Positions 1-17,780 of a DNA stretch of 64,000 nucleotides are shown one piece after another. Source of the stretch: Dictyostelium discoideum (taxonomy: Eukaryota); the NCBI GenBank assembly GCA_000004695.1, contig CM000151.3, forward strand, positions 6,592,001-6,656,000. The letters are read 5' to 3'. The first letter of the stretch is position 1. Each line of letters begins with the position of its first letter. The position numbers were made by a program, and so were the translations under genes. Below the pieces are notes generated by a model that did not search any database, was not told the origin of the DNA, and saw nothing but the letters and a program-made list of their open reading frames with translations.

Positions 1-973
1 TATTATTGCTATTTGAATTTGAATTTGAGTTTGAAATATCATCTGTTTTGATATCTCTAATTTGTCTTATTACAGGTGTTGTTACAATACTACTGCTACT
101 ACAACTTTTAGTTGGTGGCTGTGGTAATTTTGGTATTTTCCAAGAGGTTTTCGATACGAAAATCGTTAGGAATTTCCATGATTGTAAGATATTGGTACGA
201 TGTAGGAAATATTCATTTTGTAGTGGTAATAGGTCTTTACCAAGTTGATGTTGTTTGTTATATTCTTTGACTGTCATAATTATACTATTAACACTTGATA
301 CTGTGGATCTAATTAATTTACTCTTCTCTTCATGACTTAGTTCCTCTGGATCTATAATACCAAAACATTCTTCTTTTACCATTTTTTCAATAGATTTACT
401 ATCTAATAGAAACAATGATTGTGATAATTGATTATTATTGTTGTTGTTGTTGTTGTTATTCATTTGATGTGATTTTAAATTTGGTGATGATGATGGAGAA
501 TAAGATGATAATAAACCTGCACTTCTTCGATTGGTTTGTGGTGATGATTGATTTGGTGAAGAGGATGTTGATGATGATAATGAACTATTATTATTACTAT
601 TATTATTGTTATTAGTATTTATAATTGGTGTTGATTGAAGTATTTGAATTTGTTGTCTCAAAACCGCTATATTTGGTGAAATTGATGTTGATAATTCTGA
701 ACATTTTGATGTCATTCTCCTTGAAAACATAACAATCTCTAATTCACTAACAAACTCTGATGCTAAAATCAATTCCTCAATCCTTGCTATATCATATACA
801 ATCGATCTACCATATTCGATGGTTTTACGTTCAAACTCGTCCAACTGATTGACATTAAAAGAATTAATAAAAGGAACATTATTATTATTATTATTATTAT
901 TATTGTTATTATTTATATTATTATTATTATTTAATGACAATGATAAAAGAGATGGGCTTGATACATTTTCCAT
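1..973 (-). CDS. hypothetical Asn/Ser-rich protein, 5' part of the CDS; it runs off the window start
   Basis: ATG at 973..971 on the minus strand (MENVSSPSLLSLSLNNNNN...). The frame stays open leftwards through (AAT)n/(ATT)n tracts to position 1 with no stop. The plus-strand ORFs 6..248 and 415..615 lie antisense to it. No recognisable domain. Confidence 0.45.
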   Translation of the reverse strand, partial: MENVSSPSLLSLSLNNNNNINNNNNNNNNNNNVPFINSFNVNQLDEFERKTIEYGRSIVYDIARIEELILASEFVSELEIVMFSRRMTSKCSELSTSISPNIAVLRQQIQILQSTPIINTNNNNNSNNNSSLSSSTSSSPNQSSPQTNRRSAGLLSSYSPSSSPNLKSHQMNNNNNNNNNNQLSQSLFLLDSKSIEKMVKEECFGIIDPEELSHEEKSKLIRSTVSSVNSIIMTVKEYNKQHQLGKDLLPLQNEYFLHRTNILQSWKFLTIFVSKTSWKIPKLPQPPTKSCSSSSIVTTPVIRQIRDIKTDDISNSNSNSNSNN

Positions 974-1379
974 TTAAAATATATATGTTTATATTAAATG
1001 GAAAAATTTATTTAAAAAATAAGATTACAAAAAAAAAAAAAAAATAAATAAAAAAAAATAAAAATAAAAAATAAAAAAATTTGAGGTAGTTTGTGAGATA
1101 GAAAAAATGGCTGTGTGTGTGTGTGTATGTGTGTGTGTATGTTATTGATTAATTTGACTATAAACTTTTATTATTATTCTTATTATTATTATTATTAATG
1201 TCACACTCTCCCCCTCTTTTTTCTTTTAAAACAATTTAAAAAAAGAAAATGTATAGAATAAAAAAGAAAAAAAATATTTTAAAAAACTAAAAATAATTAT
1301 TTTTTTTGTTTTTTGATTTGTGTGATCAAAAAAAATATTTTACAAAAAAAATTTGAAAAATTTTCGCATAAGAGGTTGG

Positions 1380-1420
<41 letters not shown>

Positions 1421-1520
1421 AAAAGATAACCGTTCTTTTAAAAAAAAAAAAAAAAAAAATTAAAAACTCATTATTCATTGTTTTTTTTAATTCTACAATA
1501 TATTTTAAAATTAAATAAAA

Positions 1521-1602
1521 GTATATTTAAAAAATAAAAGAAAAAAATAAAAGAAAAAAAAAAAAGAAAAAAAAAAAGAAAAAAAAAAAGAAAAAAAAAA
1601 AG

Positions 1603-1633
<31 letters not shown>

Positions 1634-1650
1634 AAAAAATTGAATAAAAT
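1521..1650. repeat. periodic (A11-12 G)n repeat, about 9 units
   Basis: AAAAGAAAAAAAAAAAGAAAAAAAAAAAG... has single G residues at a 12-13 nt spacing. A mirror T-rich periodic tract (T10-11 AC) follows at 1681-1800. Confidence 0.6.
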
Positions 1651-2214
1651 TTTATGTGGTAAAAGAGTAAACACATACATACGTAAAAAATAATATTTTT
1701 TTTTTTTACTTTTTTTTTTACTTTTTTTTTTTTTATTTATTTTTTTTTATTTTTTTTTTTTATTTATTTTTTTTTTTTTTTTTTTTTTATTTTTTTTTTT
1801 AAAATATATAATATTTAATTTTTTTTAATTAAAAAATGCTTTTTTTTTGATCTCTTTAGGACAAAAAAAGGAAAATGATTTTTTAATTTAATTTATCAAA
1901 GGACATAAATTTATTTTTTTAAATTTATTTCCTCCTCATATATAACCTAATAATTTTTTTATTTATTTTTTTATTTTTTTTTTTATAAATTAATTTCATT
2001 CCAATATTTTTTTTCCATTAAATAGTATTTTTTTATAAAAAAAAGAGAGATAAATAAATATAAAATATAATTTATAAATAATAAAATAAATAAATAAAAA
2101 AAAAAATAAAATAATAATAATAAAACTTTTAAAATTTAATTTTAAAAAAAAAAATATTTGCGCATATTAAAAAAAAAATATATATAAAATTATTAAACAA
2201 TAAAAAAAAAAAAA

Positions 2215-2402
2215 ATGGGAAAAAGCAAAGATCCAACACAAGGAGTATTAAGTGTTTTTGATTTTGTTCAATCAAGAAAATATTATGGACTTCAAATTCC
2301 AATTCCTTCTTTAATTGAAACTTTGGCTTCTTGGTGGACTTTCCAAAGATATCATACAGATAGATATGACCCAAATGGATATATACAAGGAAGGTAAATA
2401 TA

Positions 2403-2453
<51 letters not shown>

Positions 2454-4199
2454 AAATAATACTGAATATTAATATTTTTTATTATTAATTTTTTTAAAAG
2501 AAAAACTGGATTACATTTAAATTTTATACCAAAATATAAGATTCAAGTTAAAAGAGATGTTGATGGTGGTACAATTATTCAATTAGATTATTGGGCAAGA
2601 ATTAGAAAGACTGGTATTGTTGCTGCATTTGTAACTTATGGTGTAACTGCAGCAGTCGGTGCTGGTACATTATCGTATCATGTATTGGAGGCCAAATCAT
2701 TTTTACAAGCATTTTGGCAATGGTTCGATGGTAGTTACCAAGTTGTTAAAGTTGAAGTTTTATTAAATGAAGAGAGAACTGCACTTCAACAAGAAGATAG
2801 AGATGGCACCAACAATGTTTCAAAGACAACCACTACAACAAACAATTATTACAATACCTATACAAATGGTCAGCAACAACAAGGCTATGGTCAACAACAG
2901 CAACAAGGCTATCCACCATATAATTCAACTACAAATAATACAAAGAATACTACAATTAATAATGGTCCTCCACCACCAAGACCATCTCAACCACCGCCAC
3001 AAATTAAATCAGCAGGTGTTGTTTACCCTGTATCTACAATGAGTTCACCTGCAACCGTGGTTTATCCAACCCCACCACCTGTTATGTCACCACCAGTAGG
3101 CACACCACCAACTCCTTCTCAAATTCCGATACCACCACCAAATACAATTGCCGGTGCAGTTTATCATGGTAGAGGAAATGTAACTACAACATCGCCAAGC
3201 GGAGTTGTTGGTTATCAAACTACCATTACAAGTCATACAACCTCTTCTTATCCAGTTTCGACTTTGAATGGATTAGGATTTGGTAGTCATACTCAAGTTG
3301 GTCAAAATAGTGGTACTGGTTACTCTTTTAATTCTCAACAATTGGAACATCAACAACACTCTGGATCGTCACCAACCAATAATAGTGGTGGTTCAAGTAG
3401 ATATAGTAGTGAAAGCTATTCCTCATCCTCCTCACATCCAGGTCAATATGGACATTCACAATATGGATCTCAATCTCAATATGGAAATTCACAATATGGT
3501 TCACAATCACAATCACAATCACAATCACAATATGGCTCACAACCAGGATATGGTTCTCAATCACAATATGGTTCACAATCAGGATATGGTTCACAAACAG
3601 GATATGGTAATAATAATTTCTCTGGAGTTCAACAACAATCAAATAGTGGTATTAATGGATCAACAAATCAATATGGACAAAGTTCACAATATGGTCAAAA
3701 TGGTCAACAACAACAGTTTGTTCAATCTTTATTTGGTTCTACTCCTGTAACTCCATCTAGACCAGCTCCAACCCCCTCAACTGCTTCAATTGAACGTTCA
3801 AATAGTTTTGGTAGTGGTAGTAGTAATAATAATTCACCAAATGGAGGATACAATTCATCACTACCACCCTATCCATCAACTGCTACAACTGTATCACCAA
3901 CACCACCACCACCAACAAGTACACCACAAATGGCTACTACCAATTCCAACTCAAGTACTACTGGTAGCGGTGACTCGACACCATATGGAACCCATCCAAG
4001 TAATACTGGTAATGGTCCATATGCAACTGGTTCATACTTGGGTCATGAACAACCAAAGAAAGAACCAACCGATTATGCATCTTTAAGACATGGTGGTTTA
4101 GGATATGGTTATACCTATGATCATCTTAAAGAAGAACTAAAAAAGAAGAGTGAAAATTTAAATAAGACACAAACAAATCAAGGTCATGCTACAAATTAA
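2215..4199 (+). CDS. membrane protein with a Q/S/G/Y/P-rich low-complexity C-terminal region; two exons, join(2215..2393, 2501..4199)
   Basis: The ATG ORF at 2215 ends at an AG|GTAAAT donor (GT at 2394-2395). The 107-nt AT-rich intron contains a 49-nt poly(A) and ends in AG at 2499-2500. Exon 2 is in frame with the 2685..4199 ORF. The product has a hydrophobic helix (IVAAFVTYGVTAAVGAGTLSY), then Pro-rich and SQYG-repeat prion-like sequence. Confidence 0.5.
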
Positions 4200-4989
4200 A
4201 ATAAATAAAAAGTATTATTAATTGTATCACTTTTTTTAATTTTTAAATCAAAAAAAAAAATAATTGAATTAAATCTGTAATATTATTATTTTTTTTTTTT
4301 TTAATTTTTTATTTTTTTAAAAAATTCTGCAATTAAAGTTGAAAAAAAAATACCAATAAAATCAATTTTTTTTTTGTTTTTTCTTTTTTTTTGAATATAT
4401 TTTTTATTTAAAATATATTTCCTAATCATTGTCTTCCAAAATAAAAAAAAATTACAAAAAAATGAATGATAAATAATCAATTCTAAAATAAAAAACAATT
4501 ACAAAAAATAAATAATTAAAAAAAAATAAAAGTAAATTTTGAATATTGTGCAAATTTGACTGGATTATGCTAAATACACAATAAAAAAAAAAAAATTGTT
4601 CAAAAAAAAAAGTCAAAAAAAAAAAAATTCTTACAAGAAAAACTTAAAAAATAAAAATTAAAAAAAAAAAAAATTAAAATTAAAAAAAAAAAAAAGTGAT
4701 TGGTTAAAAAAATAAAATATCTTCGAAATCTAAAAAAACTAAATATCCTGGCTAGGGGTATGAATCAAATGAAAAAAACCAAAAAAAAAAAAATTAAAAA
4801 AAAAAAAAAAATTAATTTTAATGTGGCTAGTTGATTTAAATTTTTTTTCTAATATTTAACTGGTGAAAGGTTAAAAAAGGTCACCACACAAGGATTTAAA
4901 AAATTATTATAATTTTTTTTTTATTTTTTTATTTTTTTTATTTTTTTTTGATTTTGTGAAATTTTTTCAAATTGATTTCACTTTCCTTA

Positions 4990-4991
4990 TT

Positions 4992-5046
<55 letters not shown>
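4990..5046. repeat. 57-nt uninterrupted poly(T) upstream of the 5404 gene
   Basis: Direct observation. Confidence 0.9.
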
Positions 5047-5048
<2 letters not shown>

Positions 5049-5375
5049 TATTTTTATAATCCAACAGTAAACTATTTCTTGTTTTATAAGTGCGATGATC
5101 TTTTTTTTTTTTTTGTTAAAAAAAATAAAATAAAAAAAAAAAAAAATAAATCTCCATTTTCACACACAAACCTTCTTTAAAAAAAAAAAAATAATAATAA
5201 TAAAAATCACCTAAATCCATCAATAACCATTTAAATTAATAAACATTAATAAATATAAATAAATAAAAATAAAATATAAATATAAATATAATATAAATAT
5301 TAAAAAAATTAAATAAATATAAATATTAAAAAAAATTAAATAAATAAAATATAAAAAATTAAAAATTAAAGAAAG

Positions 5376-5403
<28 letters not shown>

Positions 5404-5406
<3 letters not shown>

Positions 5407-7572
5407 AAATATCTATTTAGATTTTTTATATTTCTTTTTTGTATAACAAGAATTAATAGTCAAACTGGATGTTTTTTCAGAGAAACAGGAGCCGATTATA
5501 ATATTGACTCAGTATTTTCTGTGTTTTATGTTGACAACCTTTTTAATATATTTGGTATGACCTTTTATATGAAAACTTGTACATATGTAACTTGTGACCC
5601 TTGGAGACAAACAATGATTTGTGGAAACTATAATTCAACTACATTTCAATTGGGACCTTACCAATCACAAAAAGTTACACTTAATAAAAATGGAATTTCC
5701 ATAGAATACCTTTCAGACAAAACTCCACCAAATCATCCATGTCCAACTATTACTACAACTGTAAAATTTATATGCGATAAGAGTGTACTAAGTGTACCCA
5801 AATCCGATTATGATTATGTGGGTACGTGTGGTGTCCAAATTAAATTATTCGCAATCGATTATTGCCAAACATGTTCAAAATGCATAGCATCCCATGGATC
5901 ATGCAACTCGACTAGTGGTTGGTGTACTTGTGATTCCTATACTATGGGTTTAAATTGCGACCAATTAAAAGCATCGATATCGTCGGTTGTGGCACCAACA
6001 ATCGATGGTGGTAGTGTGATAATATCAGGTGATTTTTCAAGTATATATTCCCTTGGTCCAAGTTTAGTGATAACCATTGGTAGTTTAGTTTGTTCTCAAG
6101 TTTCATTCGCTGCAAGTACCACTCAAATTTCTTGTACGATTGGTGCTGGTCAAGGCTACCAAAATCTTACCATATCCGATGGAAGTGGTTCAACATTGCA
6201 ATATAAACAATTTTATTACCATTATCCATGTCAAGAAGATTGCACACCATATGGTACTTGTAATGATGTAATTGGTAAATGTACTTGCAATTATAAATAT
6301 TCAATTGGTGCAGATTGTAAAACTTTAAATTTACAATTAACATCAGTGAAACCCACTCTTTTAGATGGTGGTCAAGCTTATTTGGTTGGTGATTTTTCAA
6401 ATGTTACTGGTTTAACTTTATCTGTTAAAATTGGTATAAAAGAATGTACAGATGTAAATTTCAATGAAACAACATTACAATGTACAATTGGATCAGGCGA
6501 AGGTATTAAAGATATTATTATAACATCAGATCTATTAACATATAGTAAAATTGGTGCATACGAATACCAATATTATACTTGTCCATTAGGTTGTTTACAT
6601 GGTACTTGTAATAAATATAATGGTTTATGTGTTTGTAATAATGGAACTTATGGTGATCAATGTCAATATATTGAATGTCCATTAGATTGTTCAACTCCAA
6701 ATGGTGTGTGTGATAAAGATACTGGTATTTGCGATTGTGATGATAAATACAGTGGTGAAGGTTGTGATTTCATCAAATGTCCATTAGATTGTTCAACTCC
6801 AAATGGTGTATGTGATGGTAAAACTGGTATTTGTAATTGTGATGAAAAACATAGTGGCGATTCATGTCAATTCCTTCAATGTCCATTAAATTGTTCAAAT
6901 CCAAATGGTATATGTAATAGAAATACTGGAATCTGTAGTTGTGATAGTAAATATAGTGGTGAAGGTTGTGATTTCATCAAATGTCCAACAGATTGTTCAA
7001 CACCAAATGGTACATGTGATGGTAAAACTGGTACTTGTAAATGTAACAATCCATACACAGGAGAAAATTGTGATGAAATTGCCAAATGTAAACAAGAATG
7101 TTCTTTAAAACATGGAACTTGTGATAGTCACACATTAGATTGTATATGTGATACTCAAACCAAAGGTTTATCATGTGAAGAATCAAGATTATTAATTGAA
7201 TCAGCCGATCCAACAAGTTTAGATGGTGGTACAACTACAATCACTGGTTATTTTGGTACAACAACATCATTACTATCAATTAAAATAGGTGATTCTCAAT
7301 GTACAAATATTAAAGTAGAGAGCGATACAAAATTAAAATGCGATATTGGTCCAGGTGAAGGAACTCATAATGTAACAGTCACAGATGACGATCTTTCATT
7401 TACTGGTGTTGGTATGTTTCAATATGTGGGTCAAATAAATAAAATATCAAAAATATCTGGTGGTGCAATCGCTGGTATAGCTGCTGGTTGTGTTGTTGGT
7501 GTTTCAGTACTTGGAGCTGGTGGTTATTATCAATATCGTAAAAATAAAAAAATTGAACTTTTTATGTCATAA
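5404..7572 (+). CDS. type I transmembrane glycoprotein with tandem EGF/tenascin-like Cys-rich modules and TIG/IPT-like beta modules (Dictyostelium Tgr-like architecture)
   Basis: 722-aa ORF with a signal peptide (MKYLFRFFIFLFCITRINSQ). It has at least five repeats of the module CPLDCSTPNGVCDxxTGxCxCDxKYSGEGCDFIKCP, and LDGGxxxxxGDF modules typical of IPT/TIG. A C-terminal TM helix (ISGGAIAGIAAGCVVGVSVLGAGGYY) is followed by a short basic tail. Confidence 0.7.
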
Positions 7573-8383
7573 TAAAAAAAAAAAAAGTTATGTATATATA
7601 TATATTTATTAATTTTTCTCATTTAAAAATTTAAAAACATATAACAATAAAAAAAAAAAAAGTAAAATAAAATAATAATACTATAGTATTTTTTAAAAAC
7701 ATTTTATAATTTATCTTGTATTTTTATATTATTTGCGTCACACCCTCTTCATTATTGTCACATTGACATAGTATAGCTGGTATTGTTTTAAAACATTGTG
7801 GTCAATTAGTGGTTAACCACATCCTTTGACCATTTTTGAAATTTAAAATCCAATAATTGTATTGGAAATATTCCATTAATGGTTTGTGGTGAATTCCTTC
7901 CACTTTTTTTTCTGGAAATCTCCAAAAACATTTAATTTTATTTTTATTTTATTTTTTTTTTAAAATGATTTTGGTTTTTTTGTTTTGGATTATCCTCAAA
8001 AAAAATCAAATAATTTATATAATATATTTTTTTTTTTTTTTGGAATATCAAATCTGACCAAATAATTTACGATACACAATTTTTTTTTTTTATTTTTTTT
8101 TTTTTATTTTATTTTATTTTTTTGGAAATTCATCTATAAATAAATTAAGGTTTAAAAATAATAATTTAAAATCAATTATTGGTTAGGAAAAAAAAAAAAA
8201 AATAAAAAAAAAAAAATAAAAAATAAAAAAAAAATAAAAAAAAAATAAAAAAAATTTTCAAAAATACGAACGAAGACGTTTTTCAAAAAAAAAAAAAAAA
8301 AAAAAACGATTAATTTTCAGCATTTCTCATAAATTATCTTTTTTTTTTTTCTTTTTTTAAATAACCAAAAAAACAACAACAAA

Positions 8384-9660
8384 ATGATAAGATATGTTGA
8401 ATGTGAACCAGTAACAGATGATGAAGAATTTCAAGATGAACAACCAATTCAAAAAGTTGAACCAAAAGCACCATCAAGAAAATTAAAAACTGTTTTCAAA
8501 CCAGATTATGAAATTGGATCATTATTTACAGGTGGTTCATTAAGAATTTCTGAAGATTCAAAATTTATTGTATCACAAGCCGGTTATGAAATTAAAATTA
8601 TTGATACAGAGCATGGTACTGTAATTTCAAAAATTGAAAGTGTAATGTATTATTATTATTATTATTATTATTATCATATAGTCAGAATGTAAAGTTGAAT
8701 ATAAAATATTAATATTATTATTATTAGGATACAAAAATATCAACATTTGCACTTAGCCCAAATAATGAAGAGATTTTAATAGGTTGTTCAAATTTACAAA
8801 TAAAACAATATAGAATTGAGGATCAATCATTAGTTAAAATTTGGAAAGGACATGAAGGTCCAATCAATGAAATTGATATTCATTCAAGTGGAAATATAGT
8901 TGCATCAGCATCATCAGATAAAACCGTTAAAGTTTGGGATTTAGAAAAAGGTTATTGTACTCATAACTTTCAACATGATGATGTTGTAACAATGTTAAAA
9001 TTTCATCCAACTTTATTAAAATTAGTTACTGTTTGTTTAGATTTAAATATTAGAGTTTATGATTTAGTTACAAAAGAATGGTAAAATTATTTTTATTTTT
9101 TAAAATAATTATTATTATTATAATTAAAATTTCTCATTTTTTATTAACAACAACAACAACAACAACAACAATAATAATAAATTATTATATTTAGTGTTAT
9201 TTTAACAAATCATTTATCACAAATTTCAGGTATTACATTTTCAAATAGTGGTAAAGAATTAATTTCATCAGGTAGAGATAAAGTATTGAATGTTTGGGAT
9301 ATGCTATCAAAGAATCCAAAGAAAACAATTCCAATCTATCAAGAATTAGGTGGAATAATTACATTACCAAAGGAATCATATAATTCATTACCAGAAAATA
9401 GTAAAATTAAAATTGAAAAGATTAGAGAAAAAGTTAAAACAATGGCAGCACATGCTGATAAAATTAAAAATGGTGATGATATTACAATTGTAATTGGTGG
9501 TGAAGAAGTTTTAAGAGCATGGTGTACAGAAACTGGTGAATGTATTTGGAATGATCAAAATATTGAATTTAAAAAGAAAACTGATAATGATGATAAAGAT
9601 AAAACTGATACTTTATATACAATTTCTTCAATTATGTAAGTAATTTTTTATAATTTTTAA

Positions 9661-9720
<60 letters not shown>

Positions 9721-11408
9721 TAATTATTTAATACTATAATAATAATAATAGTAATAATAAAGATAAAATTATAAGTATAACATCGGAACATAATTTATTA
9801 ATTTATAATGGTAAAACATTAGAAAGACAAGGTGAGATTATTGGATATAATGATGAAATTATTGATATTAAATATATTAATGATGATAATATTATTGTTG
9901 CAACCAATTCAAATGAAATTAAAACTTATGATTTAAATACAAAGAGAGCACAAGTTTTGAGAGGTCATGAAGATTTAGTTATGTCAGTTGATGTAAGTGC
10001 CGATGGTAAACATATTATTTCAGGTTCAAGAGATAAGAGTGCAATGATTTGGGATTTGGAAAAGAAAGAATCAATTGCTCAATTGACAGGTCATACTGGT
10101 GTTATTTCATGTGTTGCATTACCAAAGAAACCTTCAACTTCAATGTTTGCAATTACAGCATCAGATGATCGTACAATTAAATTATGGAAAGGTTTTTCAA
10201 CAACATCATCATCTGGCGGCGATGACAGCAAGAAAAAAGATAAAAAAATTTCAGCATCAGTTACAAAGATTGCACATGAAAAAGATATAAATTCAATTTC
10301 AATTGCACCAAATGATAAAATCTTTGCAACTGCATCACAAGATTCATATGTAAAATTATGGAATGTAAATAATTTGGAACCAATTACATCAATTAAAGCA
10401 CATCGTAGAGGTGTATGGCATGTTGAATTCTCACCAATTGATCAATGCTTTTTAACTTGTTCCGCTGATGGTACAATTAAGATTTGGTCACTTTCAGATT
10501 ATACATGTTTAAAGACATTGGAAGGTCATAAAGGTTCAGTATTAAAAGCATCATTCATTAGTTTCGGTATGCAAATCGTATCGGTTGCATCTGAGGGTTT
10601 AATTAAACTTTGGAATATTAAAACCAATGAATGTTTAAATACTTTTGAAGGTCATGAATCAAAGATTTGGGCATTATCAGTTGCAAAAGATCAAGAACGT
10701 TTCATTACTGGTGGTTCAGATTCAAAACTTATCGCTTGGAAAGATCATACTGAAATCGAATTGGAAATTCAAAAGAAGAAAGAAGAGAACCAAGTTTTAT
10801 ATAAACAACATTTAGATACAGCCATTAGAAAGAAAGATTATTATAGTGCTTTGAAATTAGCATTGGTATTGGATCAACCAAGACAAACTTTAAATATTTT
10901 TAACTCAATGTACTATGATGATCAATCCATTGGTGAATCTGTTATTCAAGGTTGTATTGGTCGTTTATCACCAAATGAAGTTGTAAAATGTTTACGTTTT
11001 ATTCGTGATTGGAATACAAATTCAAAGTTTGTTTCAATCTCTCAAATCGTTTTAAATTCAATTATCACATCCTTTAAACCAGATGAACTTTCAAAATTAT
11101 CTGTTGGTGAAATGCCAAAACTTTTAGAATCAATTATACCTTACACTGATAGACATTTCCAAAGAATTGATAAAATGTTACAAAAAACTTATCTAATCGA
11201 TTTTACAATTCAATCAATTAATCCTGCTGCAAGTACTCTCTCAATGGATCGTGTTGAAACTTCACATATTGATCAAAATTATAAAAAATCTTTAGATCAA
11301 TTAATTAAAGAACCAACTAAACCAATGAAAAAATCAATTCAAACTCCAACAAGTCAAAAGAAAAAAGAAAAAAAGAAAACTTTTTTCAAATCAAATGCAA
11401 ATAAATAA
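8384..11408 (+). CDS. utp13: U3 snoRNP / SSU processome component UTP13 (transducin beta-like 3), WD40 plus C-terminal Utp13 domain; four exons, join(8384..8641, 8728..9080, 9195..9635, 9752..11408)
   Basis: Donors GTAATG (8642), GTAAAA (9081) and GTAAGT (9636). Acceptors TTAG (8726-27), TTAG (9193-94) and ATAG (9750-51). The spliced protein (~902 aa) aligns from memory along its whole length with human TBL3: KDINSISIAPNDKIFATASQDSYVKLW..., ...SADGTIKIWSL..., GLIKLWNIKTNEC, and the Utp13 C-terminal block ...IIPYTDRHFQRIDKMLQ. Choosing the acceptor at 9194 (not the AG at 9229, which gives a stop) restores the conserved WD repeat VILTNHLSQISGITFSNSGKELISSGRDK. The exon 4 acceptor could instead be the AG at 9774-75, giving a protein 8 aa shorter. 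Confidence 0.8.
9661..9717. repeat. 57-nt uninterrupted poly(A) inside utp13 intron 3
   Basis: Direct observation. A 49-nt poly(A) likewise sits in the intron of the 2215 gene (2402-2450). Confidence 0.9.
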
Positions 11409-11654
11409 AATAAATTAAAATAAATAAAATAAAATAAAATAAAATAAATAAAAAAAAAAAAAAAAAAAAAATTATAAAAAATAATATCCATTTAAATTTT
11501 AATTTGTTATTTTATTTATTTATTAATAGTAATGAATAAAAAGAAATTTATTTATATTTTATTATTATTATTATTATTTTTTTTTTTTTTTTTTTTATTT
11601 CTAAAAACAATAAGATAATATAAAATAAAATTATAATTTATTTATTTATTTATT

Positions 11655-16085
<4,431 letters not shown>

Positions 16086-16276
16086 TTTTTTTTTTTAAAT
16101 AACTTTGTGTTGGGTGAAAATAAAAAAAAAAAATATAAAAAAAATAATATTGAAAAAACAATTAGTAAAAATAATTGAAAAAAAAAAAAATAAAAAATAA
16201 AAAAAAATAAAAAATAAACCACCCATCCCAAAATATCTGAAAATTTTCTTTTGAATTTGTAACAAATCTGTGTGTG

Positions 16277-16303
<27 letters not shown>

Positions 16304-16307
<4 letters not shown>

Positions 16308-17335
16308 TTTAAATAAAGTAAAGTTGAAATTAAAACTGATAAAAATGTAGTTGAGAAAATGAATAATGATTTATATGGGTTTCTAGTTATATATAATAGT
16401 AAAGAATTATTTATAGCTCTGGCACTTGGTATTGGTGATGAACCAGTTAACCTTTTTAAAAGGTCAGAGGTAATATCTAAAGTTAAACCCCATAATCTAA
16501 ATTGATAATTTGATACAATTGGTAACATTAAATAAGGTACATATAAATGATCACAAATCTTTCTTAATAAATAATTTGATTTTAAACTCTTTGAAATTGT
16601 AATCTCTGATACTGTTGTAAATTGAATTTTATTCATAGCATCACTATTTTTATTTTTATTTTTATTTTTATTTTTATTTTTATTTTCACTTTCTCTACTA
16701 TTTAAAATGTAATCTAAATTTACCCAACCATAATCAACCAATTCATTTGGTGATAATATAATTTTAGGAGTCTCTTTACAAAGTTGTAAATAGATGAATG
16801 AATGTACACCAATTTGATCATATGTAAATTTGTCATCTAATTGACCTATTAATGTGAAATTATTTGTTACTTTTAAATCGATTGAAACCTCTTCTAATGT
16901 TTCTCTTTCTGCAGCTTCTTGTTCAGTTTCATTCAATTCAATTTTACCACCTGGGAAACAAACTTCACCATTATTACCATTTCTACTAAACCTTTTTAAA
17001 TATAATAATTCTAATGGTATATAATTATCATTCTTTGATAACAAACTATTGTTATTATTATTATTATTACTTTGATCTTTATGATTAATAAGTGATTGAA
17101 TAAAAGTATTTATACATTTTTCTTTATGATCATTTCTTTTACTATTGCAAATACATTTAAATGAACAATGATTAAAAATATCGTTATATTTTGAATCAAC
17201 TCTTAAGATTACTGCTACACTAGCATTTTTTCTTTTACTATTGTTGTTACTATTCTTTGTTGCATTATAAAATTGTTGTTTTCCAATTGATATTCTTGAA
17301 TTTTTAAAAAGATTTGGTATTAAATTAATAGACAT
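16304..17335 (-). CDS. Nudix hydrolase family protein (possibly CoA-pyrophosphatase-like) with a C-terminal hydrophobic segment
   Basis: The true start is probably the internal ATG at 17335 (MSINLIPNLFKNSRISIGK...). The track ORF extends upstream through a poly-F artefact. The Nudix box GGKIELNETEQEAAERETLEEVSI matches Gx5Ex7REUxEExGU. VAVILR precedes the box, as in CoAse-type Nudix proteins. Confidence 0.6.
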
Positions 17336-17740
17336 TTTTATAATAAATAAATAAATAAATAAATAAAAAATAAATAAAAGTTGAATATGTTTAAAAAATA
17401 AAAAAAAAAAAAAAAAAAAAAAATAAAAAAACAAAAAAAAAAAAAAAATAAAAAAATTAATTGAAAAATAAAAAAAAAAAAAAGAAATTAAATAGAATAA
17501 ACAATTCAATCAAACTTTATATAAAATTAGAATTGTTTTTTTTTTTATTTTTTTTTTTATCAATGCATTTTTTTATTTTTTTTATTTTTTTTTTTTTTTT
17601 TAAAATCAATTTTTAAATTTAATGATTATCATTTATTAATGTCAAATTTGAATATTTGAAAAAAAATATAAATAAAAAATAAAGAAAAAAGGTAATAACC
17701 ATTTAATTTAATTTTTTTATTCCATCCACTCATTTATCTT

Positions 17741-17780
<40 letters not shown>

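Noticed and set aside
6-615. Plus-strand ORFs 6..248 and 415..615
   Set aside because: They are antisense to the longer, continuous minus-strand reading frame that starts at 973. The Cys/Tyr homopolymer products come from the repeat.
2767-4086. Track ORFs 2767+, 3280+, 3328-, 3790+ overlapping the 2685..4199 gene
   Set aside because: They are off-frame or antisense ORFs within a low-complexity coding region. The His/Gln/Val-rich products are the mirror of the Q/S/G-rich true frame.
9229-9230. Nearest AG acceptor for utp13 intron 2
   Set aside because: It gives an immediate in-frame TAG. The AG at 9193-9194 gives a conserved WD repeat in the right phase.
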